A DNA stretch of 64,000 nucleotides from Mobula hypostoma (taxonomy: Eukaryota). Positions within the stretch are counted from its first letter, which is position 1. Each line of letters starts with the position of its first letter. Under the pieces are notes generated by a model. The model worked only from the letters and a program-made list of their open reading frames with translations. It was not told the origin of the DNA and made no database searches. Of the stretch, positions 24,425-37,387 are shown one piece after another. The stretch covers positions 5,644,001-5,708,000 of the forward strand of contig NC_086101.1 in the NCBI RefSeq assembly GCF_963921235.1, written 5' to 3'. The translations under genes were made by a program, and so were the position numbers.

Positions 24425-27410
24425 GGGGAAAAGGCAGCGACTCGTGGCAGGTTGGTGCTTTGAGCTGCGGCCAATTGGACTTCTGAAGCCTGAGAAGATG
24501 TAGCTCTGTCAAGTTCAACAACTGAGTAGAAAAGGCAGCGACTCACGGCAGGTTGGTGACTTGAGCAGCAGTCAATCAGTGTTCGGAGTAGATTGGCAAA
24601 AACAAATTAAAGGAAGGCAGGGGAAAGCACAGCGGCCATCGTTGGAGTAGTCGGAGTTAGAGAATTGATTTTGAGGCTTTAACTCTTCAGTCAGAGAAGG
24701 CAAAAGAGCTGTAGGTAGAAGTTTCCCCAAGCAGTTTATTGTTTTTTCTTCTTTATATTTGCTCAGTTTGAACAGTAGAGATGCCGGAAAGGATAATTGA
24801 ATGCTCCTCTTGCGGGATGTAGGAAGGCAGGGAGACCTCCAGTGTCCCTGACAACTTCACCTGCGAGAAGTGCATCCAGCTGCAGCTTCTAACCATCTGC
24901 ATTAAGGAGCTGAACCCGGAACTGGATGGACACTGGATCATTCGGGAGGGTGACACAGTGATAGATAGGAGACAGGAAACTGGGTGAGTCAGGAAGGGGA
25001 AAAGTGTTAATCAGCCTGTACGGAGTACCCCTGCGGCCATCACACTCACCAACAGGTATACCACTTTGGATACTGTTTGGGGGAATGACCTAGCAGAGGA
25101 AAGTTACTGTGCTCAGGTCTCTGGCACTGAGTCTGGTTCTGTGACTCAGAAGGGAATGATGGGGGAGGAGAGGTGAGCTGTGGTGAGGGGATTCATGAGA
25201 TAGGGGAACAGAAAGGAAGTTGTGTTACGAGAACAAGATTCCTGGCTGGTATGCCTCCCAGGTGACTGGATAGCTCAGATCGTGTCCTTAAATGGGAGAG
25301 AGAACAGATAGATGTCGTGGTCCATGTAGGTACCAATGGGAGAGGTAGGAAGAGTGACAAGGTTCTGCAAAGTTAGTGAAGTGTTAAGTTAAAGGACAGG
25401 ACCTCCAGGTTTGTGATCTCAGGATTGCTACCCGTGCCATGTACTAGTGAGGCCAGAAAGAGGAAGATCGTGCAATTTAACACGTGGCTAAGGAGTTGGT
25501 GTAGGAGGGAGGCCTTCAGAGTTTTGGATCATTGGACTCTCTTCCAGGGAAGGTGGGACCTATACAGAAGAGACTTCTGATTTCACCTTAATTGGAAGGG
25601 GACTAATATCCTGGTGGGAAGGTTTGCAAGTGCTGCATGGTGGGGTTTAAATGAGAGCTGCAGGGAGCTGGGGATCAGAGTGCCAGAACAATTAGTGGAG
25701 AAAGCATGAGGTTGCTCTAGCAGACAAGGTGAAGGAGAATCCAAGGGGATTCTACAGATACATCAAGAGCAAAAGGATTGCAAGAGATAAAATTAGTCCT
25801 CTGGAACATCATGTGTGGAGCCAAAAGAAATTAGGGAGATGTTAAATGAATTTTTTGCATCTGTATTTACTCAGGAAGTGGACACAGAGATTACAGAAGT
25901 GAGGCAAAGTGGCATCAACTTCATGGACCCTGTGCAGATTACCAAGGAGAAGGTGTTTGCTGCCCTGAGGCATATCAGGGTGGATAAATCCCCAGAGCCT
26001 GATAAGGTGTTCCTTCAGACTCTACGGGAGGTAAGTGCAGAAACTGCCAGGGCCCAAGCAGAGATATTTTAAATCGTCTTTAGTGACAGAGGAGGTACCA
26101 GAGGATTGGAAGATAGCTAATGTTTTTCCGCTGTTTAAGAAAGGCTCGGAATATAAACCAGGAAATTATAGGGTGATGAGCCTGATATCAGTAAGGGGGA
26201 AAGTTATTGGAAGGAGTTCTAAGGGACTGGATATAAAGTATCTGGATAGACATGGACTGATTAAGGATAGTCAGCATGGCTTTGTGTGTGGTAAGTCATG
26301 TCTAACCAATCTTATAAGGTTTTTGAGGAAAAGTTACCAGGAAAGTAGGTGAAGGCAAAGCAGTGGATGGTGTCTACCTGAACTTTAACAGGGCATTTGA
26401 CAAGGTCCCGCATGGGAGTTTGCTCTAGAAGTTTCTGTCACTCATCATCAAGATGAGGTAATGAATTAGATCAGTCATTGGCTTTGTGGGAGAGGCCAGA
26501 GACTGCTAGCAGATGGTTGCCTCTCTGACTGGATATCTGTGACTAGCAATGTGAGTGTGCAGCAGTGACTGGTGCTGGGCCCATTGTAGTTTGTCATCTA
26601 CATCCATGATCTGGATGATAATGTAGTTAACTGGATCAACAAATTTGCAGGGACACAAAGAGTGGGGGTCTAGTGGACAGCGAGGAAGACTATCATGGCT
26701 TGCAGCATGATAGTGCGAGGTGTTGCATTTAGGTAGGACCAGCCAGGGTAGGTCTTACACGGTGGGGTAGGGCACTGCGGAGTGTGGTAGAACAAAGGGA
26801 TCTGGGAATACAGGTCCACAAGTAGATAGGGTTGTACAGGAGGAGGGATGTTAATTTGAAATTGTATAGGACATTAGTGAGGTCTAATTTGAAGTATTGT
26901 GTGCAGTTTTGGTCATCTACTGCAGGAAAGGTGTGAATAAAGTTGAAATAGTACAGAGAAAATTTACAAAGATGTTGCCAGGTTTGGAGGACCTGAGTTA
27001 TGAGGAAAGATTGAACAGGTTAGGACTTTATTCCTTGGAACGTAGAAGATTGAGAAGAGATTTGATAGAGGTGTATAAAATTATGAGGGGGATAGATAGG
27101 GTAAATACAAGCAGGCTTTTTCCACTGAGGTTGGGTGGGACTACAACTAGAGATTATGGGTTAGGGTGAACATGAGAGGAAACTTCTTCACTCAGCGGAA
27201 CGTGAGAGTGTGGAAAGAGCTGCCTGCACAGTGGTGCATGCAAACTCAATTTCAACATTTAAAACAAATGGATGGGTACATGGATGGTCGGGGTATGGAG
27301 GGCTATGGTCCCAGTGCAGGTTGATGGGAGAAGGCAGTTTAAATGGTCCAGCATTGACTGGTTGGGCTGAAGGGCCTGTTTCCGTGCCATATTTTCTCTA
27401 TGACTTTATG
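24425..27410 (+). mobile_element. Decayed CR1 LINE with 5' UTR, ORF1 and internally deleted ORF2
   Basis: ORF1 CSSCG...TCEKCIQLQLL zinc-finger-like region and SGNH-esterase-like VHVGTN, LDHW..F; jump to ORF2 at ~25705; RT motifs to the 3' tail. Confidence 0.85.
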
Positions 27411-27963
27411 ACTGATGTATGGGTTTTAGTTTCTGGTGTGAGCACTCAGCTTCATCCTTCTTTGAGATGGCTCTCCTCACCTGGGGCATGGCCCCATTTG
27501 CTCCGACTATTCTGGCCACACCATCATAATGTTCCTGATCGTGCTGGATAAACATAAGAGGGAAATTTAGCTCATCCAAAATCCGCATCCCCACCCATGA
27601 GGTACTTCCTTATTGAATGTCAAAGTGAAAATAATTCCTCTTTGAATTCCTTAAGTAAAAATTCCTCGAGTGAAAATTCCCCATTGAATTCCTTAGGTGA
27701 AAATTCCTCTTTGTATGTCAAGGTGAATGCCAAAGAGGGTAATTGAGGGTATGGCTCATTGAAAATCTGCATCCCCACCCGTGAGGTAGCTCCTCATTGC
27801 AGCTAACCATAAATGCACTGTTCCATTCATACTGTCTTTCTGATAGCACAATGACAACGGCCTTCTTCCTGGTCTGTGGTGCTTTGAATGTACTGCAAGC
27901 TCCCCCACCACCAAGGACATCTTCAAATGGTAATGTCTCAGGAAAGGAGCATCCACCATGAAG

Positions 27964-28467
27964 GTCCCTTCTCATTACTGTGTCAAGCCCTCTTTTCATT
28001 ACTGGGTCAAGCCCCCTTCTCATTACTGTGTCAAGCCCTCTTCTCATTACTGGGTCAAGCCCCCTTCTCATTACTGTGTCAAGCCCTCTTCTCGTTACTG
28101 GGTCAAGCCCTCTTTTCATTACCGGGTCAAGCCCCCTTTTCATTACCGGGTCAAGCCCCCTTCTCATTACTGGGTCAAGCCCCCTTTTCATTACCGGGTC
28201 AAGCCCCCTTTTCATTACTGTGTCAAGCCCTCTTCTCATTACTGGGTCAAGCCCTCTTCTCATTACTGTGTCAAGCCCTCTTCTCATTACTGGGTCAAGC
28301 CCCCTTCTCATTACTGTGTCAAGCCCTCTTCTCATTACTGGGTCAAGCCCTCTTCTCATTACTGTGTCAAGCCCCCTTCTCATTACTGTGTCAAGCCCCC
28401 TTCTCATTACTGTGTCAAGCCCTCTTCTCATTACTGTGTCAAGCCCCCTTCTCATTACTGTGTCAAG
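27964..28467. repeat. Minisatellite, 24-bp unit, 21 copies
   Basis: CC(C/T)CTT(C/T)TCATTAC(T/C)G(T/G)GTCAAGC; 21 LD(T/P)V(M/T)(R/K)R(G/D) octapeptides in ORF 27718-28476. Confidence 0.95.
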
Positions 28468-29410
28468 AAGGCACACCGGTGGCTATACTTCAATCAAAGT
28501 TTGAGGAGATTTGGCATGTCCCCAAAACCTCTCGCAAATTTCTAGGAAGAGCATTCTGGCTGGTTCTGTTGCCTTCTGGTATGGAGTCACTAATGTGGAG
28601 GATTGGGAAAAAGCTACTGGGGGTTGTAAATTCAGCCGGATCCATCATAGGCACTATCCTCTCTTCTATTAAGGACATCTTCAAAAGGTGGCATTTCAAG
28701 AAGGCAGCATTCATCGTTAAGGACTCTCACCGTGCTACCATCAGGGAGGAGCAAGAGGAGCCTACAGGCACACACTCAACATTTTAGGAATAGCTTCTTC
28801 CCATCTGCCATCAGATTGCTAAACAGACAATGAACCCGTGAACATCAGCTCACAATCTTGCTCTCTCTTCCATGACCCCTATATTTCTTATTGTAATTTA
28901 TAGTAAATTTATTTATTGCACTGTTCTGCTGCCTCAAAACAGCACATTTCATGACATCCTCACGATAATAAGCCTGATTCTGATTCTGACCTCGGTACGA
29001 GGTCTCGTCTGGAAGAGAAAAGCTCCGTGGTGAGGCGGCTGGGATTGGTGCTCTCCGAATCGGAACCTTATTTTCTTTATTTTCCCTTAAATGCCCAGAG
29101 GAAAATAAATATCAAGGTAGCATATGGTAACTTGCTTATATGTACTTTGACAATGAATGTATTTTGAAATTTGAACTTCCACTTTCAGAGAGCTCTGTGG
29201 TTTATATCTTGGTCTTGTTCTTCCACTTCATGTCTGTCACACCCCAAAGATTTCAGAGAGTGTCGGATCTGGTGATATTGATCCAAGTTTCTTCAGAAGT
29301 CAAGAGTCAGGCATAAACTCGTTGCTTACAAGAGTGAAGGATGAACAGAGAAAAAATTTGTGGTTGCCTCATACTCAAATGTGACTTAACAAAATCCCAG
29401 TGAGAACTTC

Positions 29411-29950
29411 TTGGCCTCCACTGGTCAGGGTCGACCATGGCGGTGGCACCCTAGCTGTCCAGGTCAATACACAGGCCAGGGAAATGGAGAGCCAGCCACC
29501 GTCCATGGAGCAGGCTGCACCCACAACACCAGCGTGCAGCAGCTGCTGAACCCAAAGGAACTGCAGGGACTGAAGCAGGTTGGCACCAGAAGTTTCCAAT
29601 CAGTGTTGAGCTTCAGGAGTGCCTTAGGGACTCCCGCTCAGGACTTTTCCTCAGAGTTTACTCCCGAAACTTTGTCATGAGAGGGTGTAGCTGCAAGGTA
29701 GTGGAGGCTCGAGGTGAGCTGCCAGCCTTGCTGATGACCTCCATCTGCCTGAAATGACTGGTTTTAAGGCGCCAGTAACCCGTCTTTGTTCCTTCTCCTG
29801 TCAGTCGAAGTGGTCCCGTCAGGCTTGGTAGCTAAGCCACACGTGAAGGCCAGGACCTGGACTTGGTCGTCAGAGGCTATTTGAGACACATGCCATCGGG
29901 AGCATTTAGTAGGTCATGGGAGCTTCTCCCCACTATGTCCCCTGGTTATG
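29411..29950 (-). mobile_element. Probable RTE-related non-autonomous element
   Basis: Minus strand includes cctccactaccttgcagc...ttcgggagtaaac..gaggaaaa..ggagtccc, resembling RTE-clade 5' UTR sequence; no ORF. Confidence 0.4.
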
Positions 29951-30294
29951 AAAGCTTTAAAGTGCCGCTGGAAAATTCACTGAATAATTACATGCACCTA
30001 GGGGGATTATATAAAAACATAAGCAAGCATCGGAAAGTTAAACTACAAGAAAATACAATGAAATTAACAACTCTAACTAGCAAGACACACAAAATACTGG
30101 AGGAACACAGGAGAGCTGAGACTTTTCATCAGGACTGGAAAGATGGGTTGGGATGGGGAGAGAAGCCAGCATCGCCCACTCTAATCCAATAAATGGTTAG
30201 GAGAAGAGACCAAATGGTTAGGAGGAGAGACCAAGTGGTGGAAATAATTAGCGAGGAACTTCCTGGGGTCAGATTCCAGGCACCTGTAGGCAAA

Positions 30295-33272
30295 GCCATC
30301 GTAAACTCATTCCCACAGTTGATGAAGGCCAATGCACTGTATGCTTTCTTAACCACAGAGTCAACCTGTGCAGCAGCTTTGAGTGTCCTATGGACTTGGG
30401 CCCCAAGATCCCTCTGATCCTCCACACTGCCAATAGTCTTACCATCAATACTATATTCTGCCATCATATTTGACCTACCAAAATGAACCACCTCACACTT
30501 ATCTGGGTTGAACTCCATGTGCCCCTTCTCAGCCCAGTTTTGCATCCTATCAATGTCCCCGCTGTAACCTCTGACAGTTCTCCACACTATCCACAAGAAG
30601 TGGATAGTAAACTTATCATCAGCAAATTTACTATGTTCATAAATCCTGCCTCTCAGGATCTTTTCCATCAACTTACCAACAACTGAAGTAAGACTCACTG
30701 GTCTATAATTTCCTGGGCTATCTCTACTCCCTTTCTTGAATAAGGGAACAACATCTGTAACCCCCCAATTCTCCGGAACCTGTCCCCTCCCCATTGATGA
30801 TGCAAAGATCATTGCCAGAGTCTTACCAATCTCTTCCCTCACCTCCCACAGTAGCCTGGGGTACATCTCAACTGGTCTCAGAGACCAGATACTTTCCAAA
30901 ATCTCCAGCTCATCTACTTTCTTAATGTCTATGTGCTCAATCTTTTCAATCGGTTGTAAGTCATCCCTATAATCACCAAGACCCTTTTTCGTATTGAATA
31001 CTGAAACAAAGTATTAATTAAGAATCTCTGCTACCTCATCCGCTTCCATACACACTTTTCCAATGTCACACTTGAATGGTCCTATTCTCTCATGTCTTAT
31101 CCTCTTGCTCTTCACATACTTGTAGAATGCCTTGGGGTTTTCCTTAATCCTGTCTGCCAAGGCCTTCTCATGGCCCCTTCTGGCTCTCCTGATTTCATTC
31201 TTAAGCTCCTTCCTGCTAGCCTTATAATCTTCTAGATGTCTATCATTAGTTCTGTAGTTGCACCATGGAGAGCATTCTGACAGGCTGCATCACTGTCTGG
31301 TATGGAGGGGCTACTGCACAGGACCGAAAGAAGCTGCAGAAGTTTGTAAATCTAGTCAGCTCCATCACTAGCCTACAAAGTACCCAGGACATCTTTCAGA
31401 AGCGGTATCTCAGAAAGGCAGCATCCATTATTAAAGACCTCCAACACCCAGTGCATGCCCTTTTCTCACTGTTACCATCAGGTAGGAGATACAGAAGCCT
31501 GAAGGCACACACTCAGCGATTCAGGAACAGTTTCTTCCCCTCTGCCATCCGATTCCTAAATGGACATTGAAGCTTTGGACACTACCTCACTTTTTTTTTA
31601 ATATACAGTATTTCTGTTTTTGCACGTTTTTAAGATCTATTCAATATATGTGATTGATTTACTTGTTTATTATTATTTTTTAAATGTTATTATTTTTTCC
31701 CTCTGCTAGATTATGCATTCATTGAACTGCTGCTGCTAAGTTAACAAATTTCATGTCCCATGCCGGTGATAATAAACCTGATTCTGATTCCTTGTTTTTT
31801 GAACTTTTCGTAAGCTTTTCTTTTCTTCTTGACTAGATTTTCAACAGCCTTGGTACACCACGGTTCCTGTACCCTGCCATCCTTTCCCTGTCTCATTGGT
31901 ACGTACCTATGCAGAACGCCATGCAAATATCCCCTGAAAATTTGCCACATTTCTACGCTACATTTCCCTGAGAACACCTGTTCCCAATTTATGCCTCCAA
32001 GTTCCTGCCTGATAGCTTCATTAAACAGTTTCCTAACTTGTCTGTTCCTATCCCTCTCCAATGCTATGGTAAAGGAGATAGAATTGTGATCACTATCTCC
32101 AAAATGCTTTCCCACTCTGAGACCTGACACTTGACCAGATTCATTTCCCAATACCAGATCAAGTACAGCCTCTCCTCTTGTAGGCTTAGTTACATATTGT
32201 ATCAGGAAATCTTCCTGAACACACCTAACAAACTCCACCCCATCTAAACTCCTCACTCTAGGGAGATGCCAATCAATATTTGGAAAATTAAAATCTGCCA
32301 CCACAACAACCCTGTTATTATGAGGGGTATAGACAGAGTAAATGCGAGTAGGGTCTTTCCGCTTAGATTAGGAAAGATAAATGCGAGAGGGCATGGCTTT
32401 AGGGTGAAAGGGGAAAAGTTTAGAGGGAACATGAGGGGGAACTTCTTCACTCAGAGAGTGGTGGGAGTGTGGAACGAGCTGCCATCTGACATGGTAAATG
32501 CGGGCTCACTCTTAACTTTTAAGAATAAATTGGATAGATACATGGATGGGAGAGGTCTGAAGGGTTATGGACTGGGTGCAGGTCAATGGGACCAGCGGAA
32601 TAAAGTTTCAGCACAGACTAGAAGGGCTGAATGGCCTGTTTTCTGTGCTGTAGTGTTCTATGGTTCTATGGTTCTATGATTACACCTTTCCAGAATATGT
32701 CTCCCGATCTGCTCCTCGAACTCACTGTTACTATTGAGTGGTCTATTAAAAACACCCAATTATTGATTCCTTCCTGTTTCTAACTTCCACACACAGAGAC
32801 TTTGTAGACAATCCCTCCATGACTTCCTCCTTTTCTGCAGCCATGACACTATCTCTGATCAGCAGTGCCACGCCCCCACCTCTTTTGCCTCCCTCCTTGT
32901 CCTTTCTGAAGCATCTAAATCCTGGCACTCTAAGTAACCATTCCTGCCCCTGAGCCATTCAAGTCCCTGTAATGGCCACAGCATCACAGCTCCAACTACT
33001 GATCCACGCTCTAAGCTCATCTGCTTTGTTCATGATACTTCTGGCATTAAAATAGACACATCTCAAACCATCGGTCTGAGCGTATCCCTTCTCTATCACT
33101 TGCCTATCCTCCCACTCGCACTGTCTCCAAGCTTTCTCTATTTGTGAGCCAACCACCTCTTCCTCCATCTCTTCAGTTTGGTTCCTACCCCCCAGCAATC
33201 CTCGTTTAAACTCTCCCCAATAGTCTTAGCAAAGCTCCCTGCAGGGTATTGGTCCCCCTCGGATTCAAGTGT
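30295..33272 (-). mobile_element. CR1 LINE (endonuclease + RT, deleted) with nested insertions
   Basis: YFNARSI, VAIT, DFNFPNIDW, DSDHN, YRPVSLTS; same family as 58581-61056; interrupted at ~31249-31790 (Rex 3') and 32314-32679 (CR1 3'). Confidence 0.9.
32314..32679 (+). mobile_element. Short CR1 3' end
   Basis: IMRGIDRVNASRVFP...FFTQRVVGVWNELP; (TTCTATGG)n tail. Confidence 0.9.
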
Positions 33273-33519
33273 TCAAGGAGCCTTCATCTCACCTTCTCGA
33301 TATTTATTCCTTTTTTATTTATTATTATAATTTTTTTCCTGCTTTTTTATTTGCCCAGTTTGCTGCCTTTTTACACATTGATTGTTTGTTTGTCTTGTTG
33401 GAAGCAGTCTTTCATCAGTTCTATTGTGGGTCTTCGTGAATGCCTGTAAGAATACGAATCTCAGGGATGTATATGGTGACAAATATGTATTCTGACAATA
33501 ATTTTACTTCTTTTTGAAG

Positions 33520-33680
33520 GGACGCGTATCTCACTGAAGCCTCTCTCTCTCTTGAAGGGATTTGCTGCGCTGCTTGTGGCTGGATTGGTGAACTGTCTCA
33601 CCCTCCCACACTAACCGTACCACTGCAGCTCACCCACTCTCCAGCCGCCTCACGACACAAGGGCACTGTGTCAGGTGAGT
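33520..33680 (+). other. Candidate promoter and non-coding first exon
   Basis: Unique CpG-containing sequence, inverted CCAAT at 33584-33588, consensus donor CAG|GTGAGT at 33672-33680. Confidence 0.35.
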
Positions 33681-33939
33681 TTCATTTGCTTAGTTTTATG
33701 AGCTCAAGTGAGTAAATATTTTATGCCTGGTGCTGGCACAGGAGCGGGTTGGCTTCGCTGAGAGGGTTGGAGAACAGGACGGGCGTCAAAGAGGGAGGAT
33801 CCGTGCTCAAAAGAAAACGAGATTAACAGCAGGAAAAATTACAGGGGAAGGACAGAGGAATGTTGCATGAGAGAGAAAGATCATGAGGGAAATTATCGTG
33901 TAAGAGGAAGAAAAAATGAAAGGTAAAATGAAAGTACTG

Positions 33940-34900
33940 TGTACAGGAGTTGGGATGTTATGTTGTTGTTGTACAAGACTTTGGGGAGACCTAATTTGGG
34001 GTATTGCGTGCAGTTTTAGTCGCCTACCTGCAGGAAAGATAAGAATAAGGTTGAAAGAGTACAAAGAAAGCTTACAAGGATGCTGCTGGGACTTGAGGAC
34101 CTGAGTTATAGGGGAAGGCTGAATAGGTTGGGACTTTATTCCTTGGAGATTAGGAGAATGAGGGATTTGATAGAGGTTTACAAAATTATGAGGGGTATGG
34201 ATAGTGTCTCGGTGGAAGGGTGGAAATACTTATCGACCAAAGGAGGTGTAAGGCACTCCTTCCCTTCGCTAGCCTGCAGGTCACCCTTGGCAAGGTGTAG
34301 CACCTGCTTAGGCCCCCCGATCAGGGTCACGGGAAGCCCTGGGATCAGGTGGTGGATGGTCGTACGAGCAGCCGGTGCACATCACAAGTCCTGGTTATGC
34401 AACCACTGACAACAGGCAGACAATCTCTGAAGAGTATTGGTAATGGATGGGGTCACTCGTCTCGTAAAGACACTGCCCAGAAGAAGGCGATGGCAAACCA
34501 CTTCTGTAGAAAAATTTGCCAAGAACAGTCATGGTTATGGAAACACCATGATCGCTGGCACTTAAAAAACAAATGAACAAATAGATAGGGTGAATGCAGG
34601 CTTTTTCCCACTGAAGTTGGGTGAGACTAGAACGAAAGGTCATGGGGTTAAGGGTGAAATGTTAAAGGGGGACATGAGGGAGAACTTCTTCACTCAGACG
34701 ATGGTGAGATTGTGGAACGAGCTGCCATTGGAAGGTGGATGTGGGTTTGATTGCAATGTTTAAGAGAAGTTTGGTATGTTCATGGACGGGAGGGGAATGG
34801 AAGATGCAGGTCAGTAGGACTAGGCAGAACTAGGGTTTGGTATGAACTAAATGGGCTGAAGGGCCTGTTTATGTGCTGTTGTGCTCGATGACTCTATGAC
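33940..34900 (+). mobile_element. CR1 3' fragment interrupted by RTE-related element
   Basis: LNRLGLYSLE..IEVYKIMRG, resuming atagatagggtgaatgc after 34580; ctctatgac tail. Confidence 0.85.
34205..34580 (+). mobile_element. RTE-related non-autonomous retroposon (SINE-like)
   Basis: gaagaaggcgatggcaaaccacttctg...ttgccaagaa resembles the RTE/Bov-A/Sauria-SINE motif; GAACAA tail; TSD-like ATGGATAG 34197-34204 / ATAGATAG 34581-34588; second copy at 54594-54982. Confidence 0.7.
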
Positions 34901-35796
34901 GATATGTAGTGAAGATTAAGTCAGAGGCAGGCAAACTTAGGACCTGTATGAGCTAAAATATGAGAGCAGAGAAAGAGAAAGTGTGCAGAGAAAAAAGAGA
35001 GTGAAGAGACTGGAAGAGAGAATAAAGGAGAGAAAATGATAGAAAATTGTGCAAGAGGGAGTAAATGGAGAGAATTGAGATGTGAAAAAGGATATGTGTG
35101 TGACAAGAGAGATGGCCATGGAGAATGCACAGGAAAGAGACGGCACTCTAAGCCAAGCCTGAGCAGGATTATTTTGTTAAGCAGATGTGTACAGCCAGGG
35201 AGGGATTAGAGTAAACTTTAGCCTGTGGTTCAACAGCTTGGGCCAAGTGCCTGGCTCCTGGTAAGCTCTGGAACAAGTGGGTTTTTATTTGAAACAAATG
35301 GATCTCTCGGCTATGTGTCCACACCCTGGGCTGGGCTGGGCTGCTCCCCATTTCTCTCAGCCCTACTCTGCTTAGACACCCGACAGCACATTCCTGTTGT
35401 TGCTAACAAGTCACATGATATCTTTAAGCCCGACAGGTAGGCAAACGCAAAACTCCAGGCAAATCTGACAAAGCAAAACTTACCATACAAAAACAAATGA
35501 CAGCATAACACCATAAGACATCGAGCAGAATTCGGCCATTCGACCCATCGAGTCTGCTCCACCATTCCATAATGGGTGATTTATTAACCTTCTCAACCCC
35601 ATTCTCCTGCTTTCTGCCCATAACCTTTGTCACCCTGATTAATCAGGAACCCATCAACCTCTACTTTAAATATACCCATTGACTTGACCACCACAATTGT
35701 CTGTGGTGATGTATTCCACAGATTCACCACCCATATGGCTATAGAAATTCCTTCTCATCTCTGTTCTAAAGAGTCATCCCTCTATTTTGCACCCTC

Positions 35797-36617
35797 TGGT
35801 TGCCGGTCAATAGGTACATTTAATGTCAGAGAAATGTATGCAATATACATCCTGGAATTCTTTTTGTTTGCAAACATCCACGAAAACAGAGGAGAATGAA
35901 GAATGAATGACAGTTAAATGTTAGAATCCCGAAGCCCCCCCAGCTCCCCCTCCCACGCACAAGCAACCGCAAAGCAACAACCCCCCTCCCCCACCAGCAA
36001 AAATAGAATCAGCTCCCCCAAGGAGCTCTCAAGTGTGCAGCAAAGCATCAATAAAGACATGACTTTCCGTACCACAAAGACTACTCATTCACCTGGTATT
36101 CGACATACCATAGGCTCTCTCTCCCTAATAAGGGAAAAAGTGATGTCCCCATTTCACAGCGAGAGGGGACACATAACAAAACAATTCACTGATTTATGGT
36201 GTTAAAAGTCTGCTGCGTCGTTTTTACTGAGTCCTGTGCCCAAAAGAACTCAGGTCCCTGGGCACGTGGCCATCAATAAGCCCGCTGCTTCCAATCTCCT
36301 GTGCTCTCCCGCGACGCATCAGGTGGTGGCACCAGCCGTGAATCAAGCCGTCTCTAGAGCCACGGAAATCCAGAACCCTGAAGACACGATCGCCTTCCAG
36401 GCCACATCCTTGGCATATCAAAAAGCAGCTGGTTGTGAGGCCCTGAGAGCAGGTCCCATTCTCGCAAAGAACCAAAGTCAGAGTGCAACTCCAGGTCAAG
36501 GTCTCCAAAAGAACCCCGAAGGGGTAAAAAAGACATATCAAAGATAGAATAGAGGTGTTTCCAAAGATGCAACCAAAGGAGTTGCCGTTCAGTGTCATCA
36601 TAACTAAGCTCCGCCCT
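35797..36617 (-). mobile_element. Unclassified non-coding retroposon-like element
   Basis: Inserted into a CR1 3' end (host ~35510-35795 resumes ~36620); UTR-like composition similar to the ~6484-7113 insert. Confidence 0.45.
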
Positions 36618-36619
36618 CT

Positions 36620-37345
36620 GAACTATAGGAATCATCCTCTCCTCCACTATAGAAAACATCTTCTCCACATCCACTCTTTCTAGACCTTTCCATTTTCGAG
36701 AGGTTAAAATGAGCTCTACCCTTATTTTTCTACTCAGCGAGTACAGGTCCAGAGGTATCAAACACTCCTCATACGTTAACTTTTCCACTCCCAAAATCAT
36801 TCTTGTGAACCTCCCTGGACCCTCTCGGAAGCCAGTACACCTTGTCTTAGATATGGGGCCCAAAAGTGCTCACATTGCTCTGTCTAATCAATGCCTCAGC
36901 ATTACACACTTACCTTCATATTCCAGTCCTCTCGAAATGAATGCTAACATTGCAATTACCTTCTTTACACTGACTGAGCCTGCAAGTTTACCGCCAGGGA
37001 ATTGTGCACGAGGACTCCCAAGTCCTTTTGCACCTCTGATTTTTGAATTTCCTCCCCATTTAGAAAATAGTCTGTGCCTTTATTCCTCCTACCAATTGCA
37101 TGACCATACACTTCCCGACACAGTATTTCATCTGTCACTCTTTGCCCATTCTCCTAATCTGTCTAAGACCTTCTGCAGACTCCCTGCGTGCTCAACACTA
37201 CCCGCCCCTCCACCTATCTTTGTATTGTCCGCAGACTTGGCCACAAAGCCATCAATTATATCATCCAAATCATTGACGTACAGTATAATGTGAAAAGAAG
37301 GGTTTCCAATGTCAACCCCTGTGAAACACCACTAGTCACCAGCAG
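36620..37345 (-). mobile_element. CR1 3' fragment
   Basis: RFTRMILG..LDLYSL; RT GV.QG and KSADN remnants. Confidence 0.8.
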
Positions 37346-37387
37346 CAGTCAAAGTCAGAATCAGAGACAGGTTTAATATCATTGGCA

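Noticed and set aside
27718..28787. Repetitive ORFs of 174-299 aa
   Set aside because: Result of a 24-bp stop-free minisatellite flanked by Rex relics.
34205..34580. HDV-like ribozyme in the RTE-related SINE
   Set aside because: Could not assemble P1/P1.1/P2/P3 by eye; unsupported without a covariance search.
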